Origin: Candidatus Saccharimonadota bacterium
Lineage (GTDB): Bacteria; Patescibacteriota; Gracilibacteria; BD1-5; UBA2023
Direction: 5' to 3'
NCBI GenBank assembly: GCA_042852035.1
Contig: BAAFHK010000003.1
Span: 120,001-152,000 of the forward strand
Length of the DNA: 32,000 nucleotides
This document shows positions 18,394-29,500 of the stretch, piece after piece. The translations under genes and the position numbers were made by a program. The notes beneath the pieces are model-generated. The model was not told the origin of the DNA. It made no database searches and saw only the letters and a list, made by a program, of their open reading frames with translations. The number at the start of each line of letters is the position of its first letter. The stretch's first letter is position 1.

Positions 18394-21300
18394 ATGGTAG
18401 AGTTTCTGTACTTTCTTACCCTTTTCCATATGGCAGAATCTGTAGAAATCGTCCGAAGTGATGCAAACACATGACCAACATATCATTTCTCGAACTATAA
18501 GCAGCTCCTTAAGGCCCTTGAGGCAAATTGATATAATGAAAAATGGTGAGCAAAAGATGTTCCAGAGACTTTTTCCCAAATTACTCTGAGTGAACAAGAG
18601 TTGAAGGATTTAGTAAAACGACTTAATCAAGCACAAACTTGCTTTGAGCAACAGAATCTTCTACGGATAATTACGATGAATAAATTGAAATCTGAACTTG
18701 GAAGTATCACGTTTCGCAATACCGAAGAGCTCAAAACTGCAATAGAACAAAGGTGAGTTGATTATCCAAAAAAATACCTCCATCAAAGCGCTGAATCTGA
18801 AATTATAAAGTGATTCTCAGCTCACAGAACTCTCTCTACTTCTCAATGGGAAAAACTTATAACAGACCTAAAGTGAGTAAACGAGTCAGACCCAATGCTC
18901 GATCAAAAACGAGGAGAAATTATTATAGCAGCATTCTGAATTTCAACAGGAACTCCCCGTGCATGAACGGCCTGACTTGAGGCAGCAACTCCTGGACCAC
19001 AAAAAGTTCTTGTTGATGAATTTTATCCGTCTCGCGAGGAGGCTACAAAAGATGCATTTAAATGAGCAACTTCATTCCCTATCACAGTAAAATATTCTGA
19101 GGGAGGAAAATCTTATGAATATCAAGTTACCACAACAGGAAATAAGATGATTTTTGGTTGAAAAGAAATTTCTTTTACTCACAAAGCAGGATCGGTGGCA
19201 AAAATATCTCTCGTAGAAAATATGATTGTATTTTTTGATGCATCGAACAAACAGGTATTTGCAATCGATAAAAGAACATTTGGGTCTGAAATTAGTGGGG
19301 AACTTCTTAAAAGAAATAATCCAAAATTAGAGCTCTTTGGTGATATAAAACTTCAAGTAGCCTGATCCGTAAGTGCAAAAAATATTCCTACCCCTCAAGT
19401 GGAGAAAGAACTCACCGGAGAGGAGCTTAGGCAGTATATTTTTACACTTGCAAAAAAAGAACTCGAAGGGATAACCAGTACTGCGGAAAAGATGACTCCT
19501 GAAGAACTCGAACAAAAGATACAAAGCGCAACTGCTTTACTCGATTTCAAATGGCTTGAAAAAATTCCTGGCATGAAGGATAAAGTAAAAGAAATAATGA
19601 AGTTTGATGTTACTATGGAGTGAGTTATTGGGGCTGGATTTGTCGGCATGCTCGAAAAACAAGGGTATAAAATGCGATTTGTCGGAAAAAACAAAGTTGA
19701 AGTTGGACATGCAAGTGGAAGCACTGATGCAAAGGATGTCGAATCAAAGGTAAATATGCATCTCTCGAATAACCCTCGATTTGTCAGGATGGTTCAAACA
19801 GGAATGCTCTATAGACAACCATCTTTTGAAATGTATCGTCAAAATGTTACCGATGCTGATGGAAAACTTATCAATCCTGAAAAAACAACCATCTCGAACT
19901 ATACGGAGTATCTCATGAAGCGTCGCAAATCCCTCAACCCAACAGAAGCTCTTTTCTTACAATCAGCTCGATACTTTGATAAAGATATTTCATTTGCCTC
20001 TATAGTAACTCAATGAAAGGACTACCAGGCTGTCGTAGGTTTTATGCAGAGCATGACGGATGACGAGGATCTCCGTGGTCTTCTCGGCACTCCTGAAAGA
20101 GGTCCAAACTGAACAGGATGATCTCGAGCCACAGAACCCCCAGCCCCTCCTGCATCAGGCAATGAAAGAGGCGGATCAGGAGGTCCAGCATGAACTGCAT
20201 GACAGGCACTTGGAAAAATTGGTTGACTCATTGGAAAGCTTGGAGAAGCAGGAATTGGTGGATGAATGCGTGTTCTTTGAGAGATTTTTCAAGAAGCTAA
20301 TAAAGCAGGTGGAGCATATGGAACACTCGCAGTAATCGGTCTTATTGGATATTCTATATTTGGAAAAAAAGGACTTGGATTTTGGGGAACCATCGGGGCA
20401 ATCCTTGGTCTCGGTGTGGCTGATACTGCAGCACGGGGTTGATTCAAGGGTATGTTCTCTTGATGAAATACTCCAGGGGGTAACCCAGCCTGAGAACCTC
20501 CAGCTCCAAATGCTGCTGCTGCAGCTGTTGCACCTCCAGCGCCATCCGTATGAACTGGGCCTGCAAATCAACCTTGAGAAACCCCTCAAGCTAAACCACT
20601 TACAGAATCTTCATTTATTGCTCGTGCAGTTGGTCGAGAGAATATTTATGATACAGATGTTGAGAACGAACGAAGCATAATAAATGCGACGAAAAAAATG
20701 AATTTCTTAAAACTTCAGACCGCTCTATCGAAGTGAGATAAACCTTCTTGGAAGGCTGCTGTAGATAGTGCGGGGTTCAAATCTGGAAGTGCTGAGTATA
20801 AGGCTCTTGCTCAGGCAATTCATGCAAAAAATGAGTTTGGACGAAATACTCTCGCTTCAGTCATGAATCATATAAGTATTAATGAGCATATGAAGAGTCT
20901 TGATCCTGCGAATAGTGCAGGACTCTCACTCGAACAGGCTATAGAATACATTATTAAAAAAGAAAATGAAAAGAAGCAGGAAGACGCTCAATGAACTTTT
21001 GAAGTAGAACAACCAGCCTGATCTCCTCCAATTCCTCCATGACATCCATGAGTGAGAGATATTCTTAACAAAAATGAAGCCTACGGTAATCTCGTGATTC
21101 TTGCACGAATGGTTGAAAATGGTTACCTACCAAAAATCAACTTTACCGCAGGCGAAGTTCTATGAGGAACTTGATTTGTACAAAGATTTGTTCGCTGATT
21201 TGTCTGGGTATGACTTGGTGGACCCCTTACGAATAATACGCCTGGTGCGAATTGGTTTTCATGAAAATACCGAGTTCATGAGGAAGCTTTTTATAGCGCT

Positions 21301-22332
21301 GTAAAAAATCTTGTTGATGAAGAGAAAGCTGTTATCAAAAAAGAAACTCCATCACTCCCAAATGAAGCTGTATTTCAATGACTTCGTGATGAAGTAACAG
21401 CAAGAAATGCGGCCCTCTTAGAACTCGAGGAAGCTCTTTCGAGCAAAGATCCTGCAAGAATCAAATCCGCCCTTGCAAAATATCGTGAAGTAGCAAAAAC
21501 ACCTTTCTATAAATGAAGAATAGATAAGGAAAAATTTGCTCTTTCTGAAAGACAGTCTATCACTGCTATAGAGACTGTAAATGCCCGAATTCAGGAAGAA
21601 TACAATACTTGGAAGCAGGCTCAAGATATCGCCAACTCAGAAACCGCAACCCCTGAGCAAAAGAAAACTGCTCTCGAAGCCTCAAATAAATATAATCAAA
21701 GCGTAATGGAACTTGAGGCCCATGGAATAAAGAATCTTCAGCTTCTTTCTCCTGAGGCTCGAGAAGTGGTCATGAAAGAAAATCCTTGGGCTGCAAGAGT
21801 TGCTCAAGCGAATGGTTGACTCGCAAAAATGAATGAAAAACTTGGAAAAGTATGAAGTCATTGGGCAGGAAAAACAATACTCTGAGTGGGTCTAATATGA
21901 CTCCTTTGGGAAAACAAATGATGAGTCGCTGAACTTTGGAATAAGGGTGACTATGTAACCCTCTCAAAATTAGGATGGGATTTGGTTGCTGGCGCTGTTC
22001 CTGTTGTCTCATCAGTTCACGAAACAGCTATGTTGAGTAATGCTGGATGATATCGTGATTTCATTCTCTGAAAGTGATATGAAATGGGAACCCTCGAGAA
22101 GTGATTCCGTGTTGCTGGAGCCATCCCTCTTGGAGTATCATTAACAACAGTTGGAGGAAAACTTGCAGTTAGAGCTGGGGCAAGAGGTGTAGGACAGGCC
22201 GTAATAGGAGTTTCAGAAATCGTATGAAGTTCTGTAAAAACTATCTGAACCGTTGGAACCTTTGGATTCCTTTGATATCAAGCAGTTCATGTTGCCTATA
22301 ATATTCCAATGCACCTTATAGATAATAAATAA
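18394..22332 (+). CDS. giant membrane/surface protein A (about 1312 aa; alternative start 18430)
   Basis: Frame 1 checked line by line: no TAA/TAG from 18355 to TAA 22330-22332, and about 52 in-frame TGAs. Central Gly/Pro linker plus two TM helices (AYGTLAVIGLIGYSIF, GFWGTIGAILGLGVA). C-terminal Gly-zipper-like hydrophobic blocks. Confidence 0.75.
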
Positions 22333-22336
22333 TAAT

Positions 22337-24199
22337 ATGACACTTCCAGAATCACCTCGAGTTACCCCTCCTGAAACTTCCTCAAATAAACTTCTCAATC
22401 AATTCCGTTCCACCCTCGACAAACGCTGGAGTGAGTTCGATGTAGCCACACTTCGTGAAGCTGGATGAGTCAGACTTATACGAGATAATCATGCTGACTT
22501 TATTAAAGCAAAAGCCTCATTTGAGTGAGCAAAGAAAGTTCTAGGGACTATAACAACTGATAAAGAACTTAAAGCGCAGCTCAATGCTCCGGGAGTTCTC
22601 GCAGGTACTATCGCTGATCTTGAGTCATACTTCAGCACGCTCAATGCTCAAGATAAGCAAAAAGAATATAATAAGGTCGTGGCAAGTACTATCGCTGATC
22701 TCTCCTCACTTAAGGCTCAAGTATCAGGAACTTTTGATGACGCAAGAAAAGCAGAACAAGCAAGAGCTACAGCAAATACCCCAATCCCTACCCATCAAGG
22801 CAATACGAACCCTCTTGCATCACTTGAGGCATCTATCCCAGAAGTCGCTACTGTCGTTACTGGACTCTGAGCAACAGCTGCAAGTACCGGGCTCGTGTCA
22901 GAATGATGGCTTAAAACAAAAATGAAGTGATGGGTGACTGATTTTGAAGAGTGGATTACTGAACTTCTTCCAGATGGTGAATGGAAAACTAAAATTACTG
23001 GCTTTTTTACCATGCTCAAAGTGAAGCTCGGTATAACGAAACCAGATGAAAGTAAACCAAATACACCTGAATCAACAAATTTTATAAGCGATGCTACTTA
23101 TACTTCAACTGTAACAATAGTACGAAAATTCTTTCTTCCAAAAGATTCATGAAATGCTTGAGAACTTTATGCCTATAAAACATTCTGAGAGAAAACTTTT
23201 TCTGAACTCTCACAGATATATGCAAATAGGGGGAGTAAGTCTATTAAAGAAGCTCTAAATATCCCAAAAGAAGCAAAAATTACTGACAAGGAATTGGAAG
23301 TTTGACTTGCAGCTGTAGTTGATGAGTCTCAAAAGAAATGAAAAATATTCGTAAGCCAATGTCGTAGAACATGTGGTCCAGATTTTTCAAAACTTACAAT
23401 GTTTGAGTTATTTCAAAAGGTTTGAAACCCGTTATCATACCTAAAAACTCTTGCACAAATCGATGTAACAGATAATCCTCAGGAATTATTTGCTAATTTT
23501 GGGTTCGAGATTGATAAAGAGTGAAAATGAGTAGGTGACCTTGCCGAAAAGGCTGATAAACTTTCTCTGTCGGCCAGAAAAATATTTTTCATTTCTGCGA
23601 TGGCATGAGCAAGATATACAAATACTGAACAATGAATGACTAGTCTCAAACAAACGCTAAACTGGGGTGATATTGAGAAGGATCCTAAGCTCAAGAAAGA
23701 ATGTGAGGATATCCTAAAGTTTGGTGAAGCATTTCGATGAAAAATACTCAACAATCCAAGTATTCATCTTGGTTATAAAGAAAAATTCCAAGAGGTCTTT
23801 GATAAAAAATGACTTTCTTTCCGTGGTCTCGCAACACTCTACTGTATGCTTGATGGAAAAACTGACTTTGAAAGCATGACTTGACCTGAGAAGCTCTGAT
23901 TTTACTGAGCATGTGGGATGCTAGCAAGCGAGATGGATAGCTTTGAAAAATGAGGCTTTTCTACTGCATATCTCAAAAAACTCTGATCTGATTCACATGA
24001 AGTGCCTGAGGATGTAAAAGAGTTTTGAAAAGAGGTTCTTGGATGAGTAACTTCAAAAATAGCAAGTGGACTTTGGGAGTCTGCAAAATTTATTCTCTGA
24101 GTGTGAAAAGAGGCTCCTGAACTCGCACTTGGTGCCCTTGCTCTTTGGTATTTTTGATGAAAAGCCCGTAAACGCATGCACCAGTTTACTCACCATTAG
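22337..24199 (+). CDS. large orphan protein B (620 aa)
   Basis: The ATG at 22337 is 4 nt after the stop of A. Frame 2 checked line by line to TAG 24197-24199. C-terminal hydrophobic segment EAPELALGALALWYFGGKARKR. A 16-nt exact intragenic repeat GTACTATCGCTGATCT occurs at 22605 and 22686. Confidence 0.75.
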
Positions 24200-24200
24200 C

Positions 24201-25217
24201 ATGTCCTCAAGACCAGCTCTCCTCCTCGCCGCAGCCCTCGCGCTCACTTCCCCTTCTGATGAAGCAATTGCTCGATGATGAAGGTGAGGTTTTTCTGTGG
24301 GAAAATCCGTCAATAAAGTTTTAATAGCGCCAAAATCTGCACCAAAAACCCCAACGAAACCATTTGAATGACAAAATACTGGAACAACAACAAAACCTCT
24401 ATATCCAGGAAACTCTAGCACCGCTGGAGTACTAACAAGAGTTTGAAGCGCCACCCGGACGACACTTGACTTCCTTGCTCCAAAGGATGATTTCATGCGA
24501 AATCTTTACCTTCTTCGAGCCTTTTCTTCATGAGCCCAATACCTTCTATTTACACCAGAAACACTTGATAGCGTGGCAGGAGTTCAGTATAAAACAATGA
24601 TGAAAAATGCTCAAGCCCTACCGCCAACCCATCCAACATCACTACGAATAAAGAAAATCACCGATCGTCTTATTAATGCGGTAGAGTTTGACCCAAAAAT
24701 TCCTCAATCCATAAAACAAAGGATGAAGTGGGAAGTACAAGTAATAGCCTCAAATACGGTCAATGCATTCTGTCTTCCTGGTGGAAAAATGGCAATATAT
24801 ACTGGAATCATTGATCAACTTCACCTTACTGATGATGAAATAGCTGTAATCATGGGACATGAGATTACCCATGCACTCGAAGATCATTGATATAAACGAC
24901 TCAAAGAGTCACTTGCTCTAAGGGGAATTACTGCTGTTGCCTGAGCAACAAGTGGGAGATATATTGGAGCATTTGATCTCGCCTGAGAACTCTGGCTCCT
25001 ATCGAATTCACGCGACCACGAACGCGAAGCAGATAAATGATGACTCGATATTGTACTTAGGGCAGGATATGATGTATGTGCTTGAGAAAAGGTCTGGGAA
25101 AAAATGGGACAAGCTTCAAGGTGAGCTCCACCTGAAATCCTTTCAACTCACCCACGAACCACTGAAAGAAGAGAAAACCTCAGAGAACAGGCTCGTCGCG
25201 TTTGATGAAAGTGCTAG
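24201..25217 (+). CDS. M48-family zinc metalloprotease (YggG/LoiP-like), 338 aa
   Basis: The ATG at 24201 is 1 nt after the stop of B. Signal-like MSSRPALLLAAALALTS; NAFCLPGGKMAIYTG; HEITH at 24858-24872; ...EREADK-GG-LDIVLRAGYD...STHPRTTERRENL. TAG 25215-25217. Confidence 0.85.
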
Positions 25218-25235
25218 ATACAGAAATAATTTGAC

Positions 25236-25277
25236 ATATGTATATTTTTAAATATAAAAATATACATATTATTTTTT
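25236..25277 (+). terminator. perfect 15-bp AT-rich palindrome plus T-run (terminator and/or operator)
   Basis: ATATGTATATTTTTA (25236-25250), loop AATA, TAAAAATATACATAT (25255-25269), then TATTTTTT. Confidence 0.5.
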
Positions 25278-25289
25278 AAGTCATTATTT

Positions 25290-26216
25290 ATGAAAAAATT
25301 GCAAGGAGCTGCAATTGCTCTTACGGCAGCATGAGCACTTATGAGTGGATCAGCAGCAGGATCAGAATCAAGAAGAGTTGGTGAAGAGGTATGTACGTAT
25401 TCTCAGAATATCCTTTCAGGAAATCCCTCTGACCCAAATGGTGTAAATTGGCATCTTCCATGATTTATTCGTCCAATAATTGTAGACTGTAGCACTACGG
25501 TATCAGGAAACACAACTGCAAACGGGAAAATAAAATATACTCGATCACCGAGTCTTACTACTCCAAGTACTGGTACAGCTCGTGCCAATACTGTTCCACG
25601 GGCACAAACAGAAATTGAGCAATTCGCAGCCTGAATCAATCAACCAATCAAAAAGGGTGACGATGTAAAACCATACTATGCACCCCAAAGAAAACCAACA
25701 ATTACTATAACTGGATGAAATGTTATCTGAAATGCTTCAGCTGAATGAGTGAAAGAAGCATGAGACGTTTCATTAATTCAAGCAAATCCTACTTGAAATA
25801 CAGCAATTGCACAGATGCGAGCAACCGATGTTCGTAACCAAATTATTGCAGCTCTTCGTGCAACTTGAGCAACAGTAACTGGTGATAGTACTATAAAAAT
25901 TTCTTCAAAAATACATCCACTTACTCCGGATGAACTCGGTGCCATCTATGCTCAATCTCTTCAGAGAAATGGAAATGGTACCAATCGTGCAATGGAGGAA
26001 ATCGCTGCCTATAATGCCTGAAGCGTATCTACTGCGGCTCTCGAAAGTGCCATCTGAGAAAAACGTTTTGCCGAAGCAACCGTAACATATACAGCAACGG
26101 GGGTAAATAGAACCGTCGACACGTCGAATTGGAACTATGCATATTGGCTCGGGATTCTCTCGATACTTTGACTGTGAGGAAGGGGGATGATGCATAAGAA
26201 TCGAAAAAAAATCTAA
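25290..26216 (+). CDS. secreted protein D with C-terminal hydrophobic anchor plus basic tail (308 aa)
   Basis: MKKLQGAAIALTAAGALMSGSAAG signal-like N-terminus. The C-terminus is ...NWNYAYWLGILSILGLGGRGMMHKNRKKI. Frame 3 checked line by line. TAA 26214-26216. Confidence 0.7.
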
Positions 26217-26220
26217 TATA

Positions 26221-26243
26221 AATGGGGCCTCGCCCCATTTTTT
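26221..26243 (+). terminator. rho-independent terminator
   Basis: ATGGGGC-CTC-GCCCCAT followed by TTTTTT. Confidence 0.7.
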
Positions 26244-26271
26244 GACAAATTGATATGAGTTGTGATACAAT
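26242..26271 (+). promoter_or_regulatory. candidate promoter of gene E
   Basis: TTGACA (26242-26247), 18-nt spacer, TACAAT (26266-26271). Confidence 0.4.
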
Positions 26272-26298
26272 TACCCTATCTACTATTAATTTCTCTAT

Positions 26299-26520
26299 AT
26301 GTCACTCCCTTTAGCTCAAGACCTTCACTCGTTTCACGAAGAAGCCATTAAACAAAACTCTGGTAAGGTCCGCTGGAGTGATTTCGAGAAAATCGCTCGA
26401 ATACAGAAAAAAGATATCCCAGAAGTTAAGAAAACCATGGAAGCCAATATTGCATGGGTAGAAACAGCAAAAAATCCAGACGGAACTCCTTATACAGAAG
26501 CACAAAAAGTTGCAGCATAG
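26299..26520 (+). CDS. 73-aa ORF, in frame with and possibly the N-terminus of giant protein E
   Basis: ATG 26299 is the first start after TAA 26287-26289. Ends at TAG 26518-26520. The same frame continues open for 1323 more codons. Confidence 0.5.
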   Translation: MSLPLAQDLHSFHEEAIKQNSGKVRWSDFEKIARIQKKDIPEVKKTMEANIAWVETAKNPDGTPYTEAQKVAA

Positions 26521-29500
26521 GCAGAATGGATTCGCTATCTTAACTCCGTTATTGAACTAGAATCATCGTGGAGATCGGGAAGAATAGCTATAGAAAATCA
26601 CCACCTCGAGAACTACTCTGCAACAAAGGAAAAAACGAAAGCAAAGCTTGCGGAACTTTTTGGAGAAGTAGCAGGATCGGGTAATGCTCCAGGAAACTGA
26701 CCGAATGGTCCAGCAGCTGCAGGAGAAAGCATTAAAGTTGATGGTCCTGATTTTATAAATGAAGCCGTAAGACTCATCGATGATCCAGAGAATCTTAGAA
26801 AACATCTCGAAAAAGTTGATGGAAAGATTGATCAGGCAGGAAAAGATAAACTTCTCGAATTCGTCGATGATATGATTGCCCGAGAATGAAATAGAGCAAA
26901 ACAAAGAAAACTTGAACGAGTAAAAGAAGAAATAAAGAAGCTAAAACTTCGAAGTACTTCTCCAGAGGTCATAACAGAAGTTTCAGTAGAAAAGCTCATT
27001 AAATGAGTCCAGGGAAGGCTTGAGGACTACTCAAAACAAAAATGATATACCGCAATAAAACTTGAGGGCACAGGAGTGTATGCAAAATGAGTTGAAAAGG
27101 CTTCAGCCGTACAGGAGTACCAAGTAACCGTTCATCGAAAAATCACCGTGAATGGTTCGACTTCAGACGCTTCTCCAATAGTAATCTCTGGAATTTGGCT
27201 CCAAACAAAACAACTCTGACCACTTAAAGCAGAAGATGTTCTCTTCAAAGAAATTACAACAAAAATTGAAGAAGCAATGAAGTCCCCAGAATCACAAAAA
27301 GATAGTATACTTGAGGCAAATAAGAAATTTCTCGAGGCAAATAAGGTAAAAGTCGATGCTCTTCTGAAGAGAATTCCAGAAAATCCAAACCCAACTTGGC
27401 TCGAGCAAATACCATCACTCATCAACAACCCAACAAATGAGAATATAAAGAAACTCCAAGAATATTTGGGTATAACTCCTGGAAGCGGAAAACTCGATGA
27501 TGCTACAATAGTAGCACTTGAAAAGGTACTTCCCGCTGGAACACCAACATGAAGAACTGATGTTTGATCTTCAGGAGGAACTCAAGGATGAAGGGAATGA
27601 TCTCGAGAACAAGTTGATTCAGAAGCTGTTGCATATAAATACAATAAACGATACCTCGCAAGCAATCAAAAAAGATTCGGTGATATTCAAAGAAAACTTT
27701 CCGATGCTTCCGATGCAAAACTTAAAAGTCTTGCAAATATACTAGATATATATATAGAAACTCCAAGCCCGGCAAATGCACTCTCAATTCAAAAAGCACT
27801 CAACGGCAAAGATTTTTCAAAGTGACTCACTGAAGATAAAATGATAGGACCTGTGAGTTTAGCGGCTCTGGAATCTGTCATAGGTATTGCATCCCCTAGG
27901 GATCCTGATGGGGCAGGTGGAACGGGTGGCTCTTGAAGGAGAAGAAGAGAAGCTCCTGGATCAGGAGGAAGAGAAAGTGGACCTGCATGAGCACCACCAG
28001 CAGGACAAAGAGACAGAAATCCTCTTGCCTGAGGAGATGCTACAGGGCCACAAGAGTCACTTAATCCTCAAGATAGCACTGTTTCTTTTAGCCGATCTGG
28101 ATCTCTTATTCTTCTCAATGCAAAGGATAAAGAAGGAAATGTTATCCGTGGACTTTCTTATGCTGAACTCCAAAAACTCTCAGGAGCAACCCTCAATAGT
28201 GACCCAAAAATCAATGAAAGAATGAAGGGTGAATATAATCAACTTATCCTCCTCTCTACTATCGCCGATATATGGGTACAAGCAGCAAACAAAGATATGG
28301 ATAATTTGTTTGTTGGATCACTTCGAAGTGGACGAAAAGAGATATACAAACGCAATATTGATGCTATTACCAAATATATCTCTGGTATGCAACAAAAATT
28401 CCTGAAGGGAGAATCTGTTCAGAGTGATATATTTGATGCCTATGCAAAATTTGATTCTGCAAATAGAGACGCGTGAGTTACTCCACCGATAAATATCGAT
28501 GATCTCCGAAAGGCTCTTAATATCGTCCAAGCAAGTGGCGGTACAATGACACAGAAACGTGCTGATATATTAAAGACTCTTTCATCAGTATTTAATACAA
28601 CCGCAACTGAATGAGTAAAGAATACCGCAATGGCTGAAGTAATGAAAATAGAAGTATTCAAATCTGTTCGTGCAAAGCTCGAAGATGCAAATTATTTATC
28701 AACATTTATTGGCTGAACGGGAAAAGAGCGACTTGATCTTCTTCAAAAGGATTTCTGACTGACTTATGATCAAGCCTATTCACTCGCTCGAGAAGTGCGT
28801 GATGTTCTTCAGGGAATGAACACAAACAAAGAAAAAATCAAAGATTCTCTTGCGGCTCAATGAATTCCAGCAGAACAAAGAGATGAGAGAATCAAGCAAG
28901 CAGTTCTTCTTGCAACAAGAACAGTACTCAGTAAATGAGTTGTTGATAATAAAATAGACACCGTAAGTTGACCTTATGTAGAGGCTTACAAGACGGCAAG
29001 TAGAGACCTTACAACATCTCAGATTATTGATATATCAGTTCAGATAGCTATTTCTATGGCACCTATGTGAGCATGAATGCTTGCTGTACGCGGAGCTGCA
29101 GCTCTCGGAACAAAAGTGCTTCCTGGACTTGCTGCATCATGAAGTCGGACAGTTGCTTTATGAAAAATTGCAGGGGAAGGTATAGCATTCTATGAAGGAT
29201 ATAATCTTACGAATAACTTCCTTCGTAACCAGGATACCGAGAATTTCTTGGGTGGACTCACAGAAGGCTGGAGAGATCCAAAAGAGATAGTCAAGAGTGT
29301 CGCAATGGTATGAGTCATTCGCGCTATGGGAATGATACCTGGACAAAAGATTGATGCGATGATTCTAAAAGATAACTCAAAGATGAGACAGCTTGCACTT
29401 GAAGCAGGAAAGGTTGCTGGTATTGCAACAGCCGTGACTGTAACAAGCCAATGAGTAGAAGCAATGTTCGGGGAAGATTTTCATCCTACCCCAGAAGAGT

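Noticed and set aside
20060-20680. Two stop-free +1-frame ORFs (91 and 111 aa) that look like the real genes under the standard code
   Set aside because: They lie inside the Gly/Pro linker of gene A. The main frame is continuous with coding sequence for kilobases on both sides and gives coherent TM and low-complexity features with TGA=Gly. The +1 ORFs are shadows of the biased composition.
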